Source: Raja brachyura
Taxonomy: Eukaryota
Reading direction: 5' to 3'
Length of the DNA stretch: 64,000 nt
Assembly: GCA_963514005.1 (NCBI GenBank)
Contig: OY740809.1
Location: 22,010,001-22,074,000, forward strand
Position 1 is the first letter of the stretch, and each line of letters begins with the position of its first letter. Shown here in pieces: positions 38,701 to 51,220 of the stretch. The notes beneath the pieces were generated by a model, which was not told the origin of the DNA, searched no databases, and was given only the letters and a program-made list of their open reading frames with translations. The position numbers and the translations under genes are program-made.

Positions 38701-39309
38701 TTATAATATGAAACCTATAATTTTATCATCATAAGTTTTGGCATTGTATGCCTTTGTGTGGGAGAAGAGATGGATGCTGTAGAAAGTACATAAAGAGAAT
38801 TAAAATAACCTAACACTGATGACAATGAACTGGAAAGTATTTCACCTGTATGACTGCCACAGATGTGTTAATGTTTTAGCATTAGTTCACTAGATAATTA
38901 TTATCATGTAATATTAAGCATTTATTTTGACTGACATACTTTTGGCCATTAACCAGTCCCGCTGATAATTTATATTTAGTAGTTGGAGTGACCAGGCATT
39001 GAAAATTTAATTCTACTTTGTTCTTATTAAGTTTCTGTTAGGTTATAAAGTATGTTTGAGAAAACTCACATATACATGGGATGGTAAAAAAGATATCTGC
39101 TTTTAAAGCAAAAGCAATACATTTTAAATTGTCTGAGATGATGCTTGCCTAAAGTATCAGACTGTTTAAAAAAAACTATATTTGTCAAAGTTTATTTTTG
39201 CAAAGCAAGTGCAAATGAAAGTCTCAACAGTCAGTTGCTTGTTTATAGGGAATCTCTGGAAAAAGGCACAGAACGAGATCTTGGAATCTTTAGGGAAATG
39301 CACACTCTT

Positions 39310-39627
39310 TTATTCATAGTAGGGGAAATGAGAACCAGAGGACATATGCTTGAGTTGATGAGAGAAAGATTTAATAGGAACCTGAGGGGCACATTTTTTA
39401 CACAAAGGGTGGTAGGTGTACAGAACGAGCTGCCGGAGGAGGTAGTTGAGGCAGGTACTTTCACAATATTTAAGAAACATTTTGACAGGTACATGGATAG
39501 GATAGCTTTAGAGGGATATGGGCTAAATGCAGGCAGGTGGGACTTGCGTAGATGGGGCATGTTGGTTGGCATGGGCAAGTTGGATTGAAGGACCTGTTTT
39601 CACAATGTATGACTCTATGACTCTCTA
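39310..39627 (+). mobile_element. CR1 LINE 3' end
   Basis: RTRGH..ERFNRNLRGTFFTQRVVGVQNELPEEVVEAGT..FKKHFDRYMD; tail gactctatgactct. Confidence 0.92.
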
Positions 39628-40069
39628 TGTTTCAAGCATCTTTAGAACATAAAATTATAAATAATGTTTCAACTCTTACTGCAGAAAGTATATAAGCTTA
39701 TGGATTTCATCCAGGTCAGTTTACAAGAATGCTTGAACTTTTACTCTTTCTATGGTTGTTGCAGTACTTAGTGGTCATTCATATTGCACATATTTTCTGA
39801 GATGCTTTGTTGATTAACATTAGTGTATAACTTAGAGTTTATGCTGGTTTATGCTATTTGGAAACCTGATCAGTGAATTAGCTTAAATATTCAAGTTTTT
39901 CAATGTGTTTGTCATGAACAAAACCTAAACTTTAGAACTAGTGTCTCCAGATAAGAAGAATAGCCAGAGTAATAGGATGTGTGTTTCATCCAATGACAGT
40001 CAAATGCTGACTTTGTGATCTCGGGCTGTATTGGCCGAGCTTAACAGATGAACTGTAGATATTCTTTTC

Positions 40070-41300
40070 ACTGAATCATGAAAGTATATGACACAAATGG
40101 CACTTTCATTGCCAATCTATGCTAATCCCATTTGCCTGCATTAAGCTCCATCTCTTCTAATCAAATATCTAGCACTCTCCGTAAGGAAAAATGTACTTAT
40201 CGGATCGCCTTTAAATTTCACCCATTTCACCTTAGCCAGCTAGTTCCAGTTCTAGATTCCTTTGCTCCTGGGAAAAAGAAACATAAAGATTCTCTGCCTC
40301 TCACCATTATATAAACCTCTACAAGGTCGACCCTCAGCATTTTGCTAGAGAATAAGCATTGCCTATCCAATCCCACCTTATGACTATAGTCCTCCATTCC
40401 AGGCAACATTCTGCCTAAGAAGAAGGAGATATAATATATTTTTTTTAAGTATCATAGAATCATAGAAATGCACAGCACAGAAACAGGCCCATATGGCTCA
40501 CCTCATCCTTGCTGACTGTGATGCCTATATACGCTAATCCCATTTGCCAGCCTTAAATTTGTATCTCTCCACGCCTTTCCTATAAAAGTACCTGTCCAAA
40601 TTCCTTTTAAATATGCAATGGTATCTTGTTTCCATTTCCTCCTACGGCGGTTCGTTCCAAATATTCAACATTCACTGTATGAATAATTACCGCTCAGATT
40701 GCTTTTAAATATTTTCCCTCGCACCTTAAATCACAGGCTCTAATTCTAGTCCCTGCCCTAGGAAAAAGATTCTGACTATCTATCCTAGCTATAAAGTCAC
40801 CCCTCATGCTTCTGCATTCCAGTGAAAATAAACCCAAACCAGATTAATAAAGAGTTAATCTTTCTTTATTTACTGCAGCCCTCCATTTCTGGTGAATCTC
40901 TTCTGCACTCTCTCTATTGCTACTGCATCCTTCTTGCATTGTGGAGTCCAGAACTGTAGACCATTCTATACTCTAAAGTGCGGTCTAACCAATGTTTTGT
41001 CTATGCAACTGCAACATGACATCCTAACTCTTATACTCAATGCTGATGAAGGCAAACATACCAAATACCTTTCACATTGCCGAATCCATCTGTGTCACCA
41101 CTTTCAGGACTTGCACCTCGCAAGAGACTGCAGATGCTGGAATCTGTAGCAAATGGAGAGCTGCTGGTGGAGGGAAATGGACAGCCTACGTTTTGAATCT
41201 GGACCTTTCATCTAGACACTTGTTCCTCAAAGTCTCATTGTTCGTAAGGTCCCTGCCATTTAATCAATATGTCCTACCCAGAGTTTGACCTCCAAAATCA
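40070..41300 (-). mobile_element. Two degenerate CR1 LINE copies (about 40070-40410 and 40450-41300)
   Basis: Minus ORF MLPGMEDYSHKVGLDRQCLFS..LRVDLVEVY; tail catagaatcatagaa; a related fold-back-family fragment interrupts at about 41121-41215. Confidence 0.8.
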
Positions 41301-41364
41301 TGTCTCAGGCTTATCTGATATATTTTATTCATTAAATGTACAACTATATAATATATATACATAC

Positions 41365-41935
41365 TTGAATATAAAAGTCAGGAACTCATGTTGCAACTGT
41401 ATAAAACTTTGGTTAGACTGCACTTAGAATATTGTTTGCAGTTTTGGTCACCACATTGCCGCAAAGATGTGGAGGCTTTGGAGAGGGTGCAGAAGAGGTT
41501 CACTGAACTGTTGACTGGATTAGAGAGCATTAGCTATAACGAGGGGTTGGACAAATGTAATTTGTTTTCTAGGGAGAATTGGAGGATGAAGAAAAAATAT
41601 GATAAAAACGAGGTGTAAATGGGGTAGATAGAATATTTTTCCCACTGTAGAAATGGCAAATACTAGAGGGATAGCTTTTAGGGAGAGGAGGAAAGTGTAA
41701 AATATATTTACAATGCAAGTTTTGTTTTACACCAAGGTGCCTGGAATGCACTGCCAGGGGAAGGGGCTATGATAGCAATGTTTAAGAGGCATTTAGACAG
41801 ATACATGATCGGACAGGGAATGAAGTGATTTAAACCATGTGCAGTCAAATATGCAGTTGAAATTGGCATCATGGGCATCACAGACCTTGTGGGTTGAAAG
41901 GTCTGTTCCTGTGTGGCACTGTTCTATGTTCTGTG
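41365..41935 (+). mobile_element. CR1 LINE 3' portion
   Basis: MLQLYKTLVRLHLEYCLQFWSPHCRKDVEALERVQKRFT; tail ctgttctatgttct. Confidence 0.92.
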
Positions 41936-42810
41936 TCATTTGCAGTTACAGGACATATCCCATGACATCTGTTCTTCTTCCACATATATCCCATGAACAA
42001 TATCTAAACAGTTTTTGTACCAGGTTCAGTCCCTCAACGTGCAATGGCAAAGTTCCTTGAACAATGACCTCTCTCTGTTGATATTTTGTGGCAGATACAC
42101 CAAGATTCAGTGCATCCCACGACACTTAGTATTACTGCCCCTTGTAACGTTTGAATATGCAGCATTAATTTGTGGACAGATTCGTGCTTTAGACAGATCA
42201 AAATGTGTCTTTCAACGAGTTGACAACCTCTTGTAAGGAGTTGATGCTTGTATAAGTGTGCATCTCAGTGTTTGTATGAGGCCACTCCTCTCTTTCAAGT
42301 CCCTCATGCCAGATATATATTCTGGAAGAAGGGAAAGCATCTCAATACCACTGCAGCAATCACAGTTTGTGGTGAATCAGAAACTTTGCTGGTTACAAGG
42401 CTAAATTGTAGAATATAAGATAAAGCAATTATCACGCTTGAATTTGGCATTGTCTGACTCCTGGGAGAAGGAATTTGCTTACTGCTTAATCCTTCAGTTT
42501 TGTTACACTGTTCCCTATGAAGAAAAAATGATTCCCACTGGAGCAAATGTCTGTTATTGTGTTGGCTTACCACTGAGCTGCCATTTTTTTTGTGGTCATG
42601 TATATTGAACTTGATTCGCAAGCATGTATTGTGAATCTCTTGTGACCAGTGCAAATATTCCTGTTATTGGGCAGACCTCTAGGCAGAATCACAATGTTGT
42701 GACACTCCACTTGGACAAATAATTCAGTGTTAATGTCTGCATCTAAATCAGTCCCATAGCGGAAACAGGGTGGATGATACTATGATATTAATAGACAGAG
42801 ATATCTGCTG

Positions 42811-43063
42811 GTGTAGAAACAAGGAACTGCAAATACTTTCTCAAGAAAATGGCATAAAGTGCTTGAGTAACTCAGCAGGTTATTCCGCTGACTGGCGAAC
42901 ATGGATAGGTGATGCTCCGGGTCAGGGCCCTTCGTCAGACTGATGACAGGTGATGTTTCGGGTTGGGACCCTTCTTCATACTGAAGAAGGACCAAAACAT
43001 CACCTATGCATGTTTTCCAGAGATGCTGCTTGACCCGCTGAGTTACTCCAACACGTTGTGTCT
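42811..43063. mobile_element. Fold-back hammerhead-motif repeat with two tandem minus-strand cores
   Basis: Family arms on both sides; candidate TSD atatctgctg (42801-42810) / atatcggctg (43064-43073). Confidence 0.8.
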
Positions 43064-43439
43064 ATATCGGCTGTTGTTAGTCCATTTCAGAGTTTCATAG
43101 TTTGCCAAAGGAAAGATTTATTTTGAACAGCAAATAAAGTCAGTTATAAGGGGTACACTAGAAGTTAAAGCTTTTTGATGTTCCGAAGATCACCACTTGC
43201 CTGGTCTTGAAACATACTGTTACTTCCTGTGTTTTCTTGGATGTAGTCTTTGGAATATCAGTGTGGCCCACCAGAGTGCAGGGCCGCTCCCAGTGTATGT
43301 GGTCAACTGTGCTCACAGTAGGCTTTTGACAGCTAGTGAAGTCCTATGCTCAGGCTGTTACATTGACAAATGCTCCACAACACCTGAGAGCTATTAAATT
43401 ATTTAAAAAATTACAAAAACATTTAAACACTCACACAAA

Positions 43440-43750
43440 TGGATTGTGTAGACAATTAGATGGGTTAAATGAGTGGGCAACAAATTGGCAGATGGCGTGT
43501 AATGTGGAAAAATGCGAATTTGTGTACTTTGGAAGAAAGAAATGAAAAAATATATTTAAATCGAGTAAGACCAGAAAATGTAGAGGTGCAAAAGAAACTA
43601 GTAATCCTAGTGCATGAAACACACAATGTTAGTGTATAGGTACAGTAACTGATTTAGGAAGACTTATGGATAATTTACCCTTATTACAAGGGATATGGCA
43701 TGTAAAAATAGAGACGTTTTGATGCAATTCCACACCACACCTGGGGTAGA
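43440..43750 (+). mobile_element. Old CR1 LINE fragment
   Basis: LDGLNEWATNWQMACNVEKCEFVYFGRK motif. Confidence 0.8.
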
Positions 43751-45999
43751 GTATGTAGTCATACAGCATAGATACAGGCCTTTCAGCCCACCATGTCCAT
43801 GCTAACCATCAAATAGCCATATCTACAAAATCTATTTACCAGCACTTTGACCTGTGTTTTTATCTTGGAAGAATACGGAACTTTACAATTCTCCACACCA
43901 GAAAGCTTAACATTTAAACCACAAATGAGTTGAGGCTTATGAAGAGACACCAAGAAAGTGCTGTAGAGGCCAAAATTCGATTACTGGTGATCTTATTGAA
44001 TGGCAGAAGAAGCTCGGAGGGATAACGGGCCAACTCCTGCTCCTGTTTATACAATCAAAATAAAAAACTAGTTCAGTTAGTATAAATGATTTAATTAAAA
44101 TAAATAAAAAAGAGATCTGTTTACCATCTGCTCAGCAGCTTTCTCTTCCCACTGATTTCGATGAGGTTGCTGAACTTGCAGTGGGTTTAAACTGGTGCCA
44201 GTTCAGTGGGCGTATTTCCGTAAGGAAGTCTGTACTGCCCTGTTGGACTCCAATGTGGCCCACACGTGCAGTGCAGGGCACCTGGCAGTACCGACCACAC
44301 AATGGAAGGATCTGCTGTTGGCTTTCGCTAATGCCAGCTCTGGATTTTGGCACTTTTGTGAAGAAACTTGGGCAAGTAAGATAAAAATTCTGGTTACAAG
44401 CAGAAGTCCTGCCCTGATACATTGATTCGCAAAGCAGGTCATTCAACATTATTTGAATATATATTCTCTGGATTGAACCAAGTGCTGAGCTGAATTCTTG
44501 GGTTGTTTACATTGTTGAACTCAGCTAGAATACAGCTAATTTGCTTATCCAGTTGCATAAAGAGAGTAGGAATTGCCTGCAGTAAGTCAATTTTTAATCC
44601 TGGAGATTCATTCCGCTGCAAGGCACAAATGAACAAAATTAGTTAATTACTGCACAAACTCATGACATTGTGTGCACTCTAATCTGGAAACAACACTACT
44701 GCAGGCTTTTCTGGTGAGTGCTGTTGCAGTGAGCACCAGCTGCTTATTTTCCAAAACAACACAGGGTGTGTTAAGCCATAGCCAGCTAGAACTGATAAAG
44801 TACCTCCCACCATTTTCTTGTTTCTCTTAATATCAACATCTTTGTGCTTTCCTGCAACCCCATTAACTTCAGTTCTTTTCCCCAGGAAAAGATCTCCACC
44901 CAACTTTCTGTCTTTTGGATGTTAAAGTTCCCTTTGGTAAGAACTTTCCTTGACACTATGGATAATGTTGACCTGGTGAATGTTTTCCTTTATTCAGTTT
45001 TCAATGTTCTCATCCCACCACTGCCATTCGCAATCCCTTGTATCTGCTGCCCTCTTTTAGTTCTTTTATTTTTTTTCTTTACTTCCTGAAATCTAAATGT
45101 TGAAGACCTGAGAATCTTTAGCAAATTTGTCTAAGATGCACTCGGATATTGCTAAGAATTATTTATCATCTATTTCCACATTCAAATACTACAAATATTC
45201 CAAGACCATCCTGGGATAAAGAGTCACAAGTAAGCTCTTGATATTCCATTTGCCCTAATCTCAAGTGTCATAAGAGTAGGACTATAAATTCACAGACATA
45301 GGAGCAAAATTAGGCCATTCGACCCATCAAGTCATTTGATCATGGCTGATCTATTTTTCCCTCTCAACCACCATTTTGTATGTGCCTTCTCCCAGGTATG
45401 ATTACGGAATACCTTATTTACTATCCTCCGTTACTCTGCATCTGTTAATATGCATTTACCTGTTTGTTTATTGCTACCATGCAAGCTCTCTCCTGCTCAT
45501 CCACTGGACTCTCTGTTTGCACCCCTTTGCGGTGGCAGTTGGCATTGCCCCCTGCTTTACCAAGACCGTCAGTCAAAAATCCTTAACGCATCTGTGTTTT
45601 TCCATTAGTTTGCTATCACCAACCTCTCAATCCTTCTCTGGGTTCCTGACCACAGCATTACTTTCTGGTTCAGTGGCCATCATTCCCACAAATCCCACTC
45701 TGTTTCCCTGTTGATGTTATAACCCTGGTTGCTGCACCCACATCCTCCCTGTACATCTCCAGCCCACAGTTGGAGGATTTTTGTCCCATTGAGTCAGTGG
45801 CAACTCCCATTAGAACAATAACATGTTTAATTGCCCCACTCACAAATATCATAGGTGGGGGAAGAGAGGGAGGAATTACTGCTTATTACAAACTCAACAA
45901 TACCAATGACATAATGAAAGAGCTACTAGACAAGAGCTGTGTTTTATTGACATTCTTATAACTCTCTAGAGCATCTCTCATACTTAAGGCACAAGTCAG

Positions 46000-46440
46000 A
46001 GAAGAGATGGGACAACCTGAATGAATGTAAATGAGCGCGCAATAGTCAGGAACTTAATACCAGCCTGGACTACCCATTTATCTGACCAGCGCCTTATCAA
46101 CCACCTTAAACATCTATTCACTCCATAGACTTTCAAACTCAAGCAGCAAGGTTTGATACCTATAGAATGCACAGCAGCAAGACACCAAGGAATTTTTTAC
46201 CCCTCTTTCCAAATCCATGACTCTTCTCCAACGGGAACGATGAAACCAGCCTCATCATTATAAGCTCATCGTTATCTCCAAGCTTTGCGTTGCCATAACA
46301 AAAACAATCCTTCATCATTGGATCAAAATTTGTGATCTTCCTTCCCAAATGTTCAGGAATGAGGGAGCACCTTCATTGAATGGACTGCAGCAGTTCTAGA
46401 GAATTGCCCACTGAGCCTTCCCAAGGGTAACTCGGACTTA
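46000..46440 (+). mobile_element. Ancient CR1/L2-superfamily LINE 3' fragment
   Basis: Similar to 55440-55900 and to the reverse complement of 59290-59750. Confidence 0.5.
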
Positions 46441-46952
46441 GGTGATGAAACCAAACATGAAATACTACAGATGCTGAAAATCTGAAATTGGAGTTTATTT
46501 TCTCTTTTCTGATTCTTCCAGTGCAAATGCTGGCAACAGCCTTTGTTTCCACATCAGCCAGTAGGAAATGATCTCCTTTGCATGATAAAAGATGGATTCC
46601 TATCTGTAGGACTCCAGGGCTTGACAGATCATAGGGTGAGGGAATACAGCAATCAGATTTTCAGTGATCTAGTTAAGGGTGGCAAAGGGGTGCAACTGGT
46701 AGAACTGTTGCCTCACAGCGCCAGAGACCTGGTTTTAACTTAACTAAGTTGTGATGTGTGTTAACTTGTGTCCTTTGTATTCATGCCAGTAACTTAATGT
46801 CTCAGAGCAGCGGGACATCAATTGGCAGAATCTCGTGGCTGTGGAAACCATGCCAAACATTAAATAAATAGATCTTCCTATCAGTACAGTAATTGCATTC
46901 TGTAGAAAATGTATTTTATTCAATGGTTTGGTTTTATGTTACAACATGGTTT

Positions 46953-47272
46953 GGGCGGCACAGTGGCACAACAGTAGAGTTGCCGCCTTACAGTGAATGA
47001 GGCCCGGGTTCAACCCTGACTATGGGTGCTGTCTGTACGGTGTTGGTACTTTCTCTCTGTGACTTCGTGGGTTTTCACCGGGTGCATCGGTATCCTCCCA
47101 CACTCCAAAGACGTACAGATTTGTAGGTTAATTGGCTTCAGTAAATTGTAAATTGTCCCTATTGTGCAGGATAGTGCTGGTGTACGGGGTGATCGCTGGT
47201 CGGCATGGACTTGGCGGGCCAAAGGGCCTGGTTCCACACTGTATCTCTAAAGTCTGAAGTCTAAATCTAAAG
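46953..47272 (+). mobile_element. tRNA-derived SINE (HE1/V-SINE type), full length
   Basis: ggcggcacagtggc (A-box region), gggttcaaccc (B-box), cctcccacactccaaagacgtac V-domain, tail tctaaagtctgaagtctaaa. Confidence 0.9.
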
Positions 47273-48577
47273 TGTATGTCAGTAAAATTACAGCTTTGAT
47301 CCTGGCACTGACAACTGATTTTAGCCGAGAATGGGACAGGAGGCTACAATAAACCTTAATTACCGAGGGATAGCGTAGCTGAAATCTTGTTCTGCATCTT
47401 ACCAGAGATTCGATTCAGCCTTTGCTAGATAGTTTTGCAAAGCTTGACTATTCTTAATTGAAAATGGATTGGCCTATATTGGAAATGTTCATATTCATAA
47501 CATCTTGTGACTTTTCCGAAAGTGTATTCAGTATGGATTTTTTAACTTGGTTGTCAATTTATGCATAGTCCAATATTCACAAATATCAACACAATAAATC
47601 CCTTATGAAACTGATCTGGGGATGTTGGTTGAGGGATATACCTGCTTTATCTCTATTTTATCTTTAAAAAAAATACACAAAGGTGTTTTCTGTCTACCTG
47701 CAACCATTATCACTGCAACACAACATCTCTTGTTACATTTAGTGCCAAATGTTTACTTTGTATAAATGTCATGAATAAGTAATTTACAACTGCATGGATA
47801 TCAAAATAAGTGCAAAATAAGGGCATTTGTAAAGTCCATGCCCGTTACAATGAATCACCAAGGGATGAACATGTCCTGGTTTTGTGCTGCTGGATTTGGA
47901 AAACAGAGATACTGTTCTTCCGGTTACATCAAGAGAGTAGGAATCGCCTGCAGTAATTCATTTTCGGGCCTGGGGATTCATTCAGCTACAATGTGCAAAT
48001 GAGCAAAATTCATTAATTAGTGCACAAAATCTGCATTGTGTGTGCACTGTGTTTTGGTAACTGCACTGGTGCAGGATTTTTTTTTCAGGTGTGTGCTCTT
48101 AGAGTAAGCACCAGGTGTTCTTTTCTTCCACTGCAACATCGCGCTTGTTAGACAACAGCAGTTGGAACTGATGCTTCTGAAAAACCCGTTTGTATTTTTC
48201 AAAGCAAAATTATGTGAAAAGAAGCTGACGGGCATAAGATTGCAACAGAAGAAAATTAAATGTGAAGGGACCATTTTGTGAGAGACTTCACAGAGCCCTC
48301 TATAGTTACATGTAACTGGAAATTAGCACAATCTTAGAAAAATTGTAGTTTGTTCAATATATTAAGTATATTTAACTGAAATAATTTGGGGAGAGGAACA
48401 AATAAAATATTATAGAATTATTGCCAAATCTTATTATGGCCATTTGCTTTCTTTATTCTTCAATTTCCTCAAAGACGGTGATTCATGTTGGGTGCGGTTG
48501 CAGAATTGCTGACTGTTCTAAAACCTCATCCAAGTGGCAAAGCTAATTATGTAAGCCAAGCTAGTGATAGATTGAGG

Positions 48578-48693
48578 GTTACACAAAAAGCTGGAGAAAC
48601 TCAGCGGGTGCAGCAGCATCTAAGGAGTGAAGGAGATAGGCGACGTTTCGGGTCGAGACCCTTCTTCAGACCCTTCTTCAGACTTCAATCTAT
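48578..48693 (-). mobile_element. Hammerhead-motif repeat arm with intact core and perfect 17-bp TSD
   Basis: TSD ctagtgatagattgagg at 48561-48577 and 48694-48710; core at 48638-48673 on the minus strand. Confidence 0.88.
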
Positions 48694-49507
48694 CTAGTGA
48701 TAGATTGAGGTTTGTCTTTTTGGGGACACAAACTGGAGTGTAGTGACTGCCTGTTTATACAACAGGTTGATTTAATTTTCAGTGATATCAATAGAACGGA
48801 ATAATGAAAGCAGCATGAAAAATGTGTGGTCAATACAATTCACTCGTTTTCTGCCTGTACCCAGGATGACTTTTAGTACTTTGTGAATATTGCAGACTAC
48901 TTATTATTTGTAAACTGGGTAAAACCACTGTCAAGTCTTATCCTGCCCTCACCTGCTAATCTAGAAAAGAGATCACTAAACAGAAATTAATAGCAGGAAA
49001 TGAATTATTTTAATGACTTTCTTGCTCATCTCTGGTATTATCTTCATGAATTTTAACTGTATTATTCAGAAACATAGGGACTGGAAAACCAGGAGTGGGT
49101 TGTTCAATCCTTTGAATCCATGTGTTTCTTCATGACTGATTTGTATCTTAATTTGAATTCCGGGGCATTTTGAATTAACTGATATATATTATTAAAATTC
49201 TTTTTTTTTCAAAATCTAAAATAGAAAACACAAAATGACCTTTTCTATTTTCATTCAAATATTTTGGTGAATTTTGCATTGGCACTGTCATTATCTCTGT
49301 CAAAAAAATCTTTCCATTTAAGGATATGTCTTTTCCTCTGGAAGTGTTCTTTGACAGTAGGACATTCTGCACGAATTGTGCAAATCATTAATAATGACAG
49401 GGTTAGAGAAGAAGTTTAATCAGAGCAGTCTCAGGGAAGGTGCGCTGCGCAAGCATGTCAAACTGTGCAAAGTAACCATTGACTATGTTGAGAGTTATTC
49501 TACCTGT

Positions 49508-49875
49508 AGGTTTAGGTTTATTATTTTCATGAGCACTGAGATAAGATCAAAAACTATGTTTTGCATGCTATCCAATTAAATCAGATAATCCTATACATAA
49601 ATACAATCAAGCCAAACTCAAGTACAACGGGTAGGGCAAAAGGAAAAAAATACAGAGTGCTCAGCATTGTAAAGCGACAGTTCCAGAGACAAGTCCAATG
49701 TCCACAATGGGATAGAGGTGAATCGGACAGTATACTACTTTATGGAAGGACTGATCAGTCACCTGGTAATGGGAGGAATAAACTGTTGCTGAGTTTGGTG
49801 GTGTGTGCGTTCAAACTTGTGTTAATTCTGCACAACGGGTGCGGGTGAAAGAAGGAATAACTAAGGTGGGACATG
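49508..49875 (-). mobile_element. LINE 3' end (Rex1/L2-like); second copy at about 58160-58290
   Basis: tttaggtttattatt tail; shared aaatcagataat..tatacataa.tacaatca.gccaaa.tcaagtacaa. Confidence 0.6.
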
Positions 49876-50287
49876 TATAAGAAATCAGCTAGGAATGTTT
49901 GAGATTCCTGATTTTCTTGGTGAAAAGTAGTATCTGCCTGTAAAATAGTTAGCCGAGGTTATGATTAACTGTGAATATCTGTTTTGTAAGGATTCAATTT
50001 TATTGCTTCTTCTGTCTTTATAAAATGCACCTCTCACTTTACAGTGAAACTAGAAATGTCATTTCAAGCGCATTATAGAGGGAGGAGCATACCTAAATGC
50101 ACAGATGGCAGTACAACACAGATCTACCTGAAGTTCAGTATGAAATGTTTGATAATCCAAGACTAGTTCTAACTGACATTTTGAAACATAACCCCAGTTC
50201 CGAAGGGAAATGTCATGGTTGATATATAGATGGTACTGCATACAGTAATAAATGTAGGAGAAGACATAAAAACTACAGTCAATCATT

Positions 50288-51220
50288 AAAGAGGCTGTTC
50301 CACTGCGGCAACCTAATTGCGAGTTTAGAGGAGTTTGCCCTCGACACAAACTCGCAGCATGGTATAGGAGGTCCTATGAGGTCACTGGAACTCTCCTTCA
50401 TGCTCGAGGGAAGTTCCCGAACACTCGTGGCCTCAGCTAGGTCGCGGTAAATTTTTCAGCATGTTGAAAAATTTTCCGTGAGTAACATTTGGGCGGCATG
50501 GTTCTTTTTGACTCGTAGTGCAGTGAAATGGGGTCGCTATTCAGTTACAGGCAGTCGAGGGCAGCCGTAGGCAATCTCCTTCGCTGACCGGGCATTTTGA
50601 TTGGCTCATTAGAGTTTTCAGGAGCAGGGAAAACTGACCATTAAAGGCCTGTCCCACCAGCATGCAACTCTATGCGATGAATGCGATTGAACTAGAAGCG
50701 GGGGCCGCGCGGAGGTCGGGTGATCCCCTGTCCAGGGCCGTTCCCACCAGCATGCGCCTGCATGCGGCAAGCGCAACCAAACCGGCAGTAGGGGCCGCGC
50801 GGAGGTCGGGTGAGTAGCGCAACACGGCGCAAAGTGAGGCGAACTTGGAGCGAAGTCCAAGGTAAGTTCGCCAGGACAGAGAGGGGCACACAGAGAGGGG
50901 CACCGAGGCACACACACACACACACAGGGCCACGGAGCCACACACATAGAGGGTCATGGAGGCACTTACAAATAGGTTCACGGAGGCACGATGTCGGGGC
51001 AGTGTTTAAATGTCGAGGCGACTGCGAGCCGACAAGCCGTTGCCGCGTGGAATTTTTGGACATAGTCGGTTTTTCGGAGCCCCGCACGGTGTCGGGACGA
51101 ACTCGGGACGAACTCCGCACAATTCCGCACGGCTCCGGCGATCGAAGTGGGACCGGCCCCGCGACGCTGGACGGGTCAAGCGACCACGTTAGGTCGCGCT
51201 AATCGCATAGAGTTGCATGC
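50288..51220. mobile_element. Nested non-autonomous DNA transposons (PIF/Harbinger-like MITEs), right end deleted
   Basis: Ends start ttaaagaggctgttccact (50286) and ttaaaggcctgtcccacc (50641); perfect 19-bp inverted repeat 50660-50678 / 51202-51220; GC- and CpG-rich against a depleted background. Confidence 0.7.

Noticed and set aside
46953-47025. tRNA gene
   Set aside because: A/B boxes belong to a SINE head followed by SINE body and tail; no full cloverleaf
50618-51202. Cluster of 100-140 aa ORFs on both strands
   Set aside because: GC-rich non-autonomous transposon sequence lacking stops; no transposase motif seen
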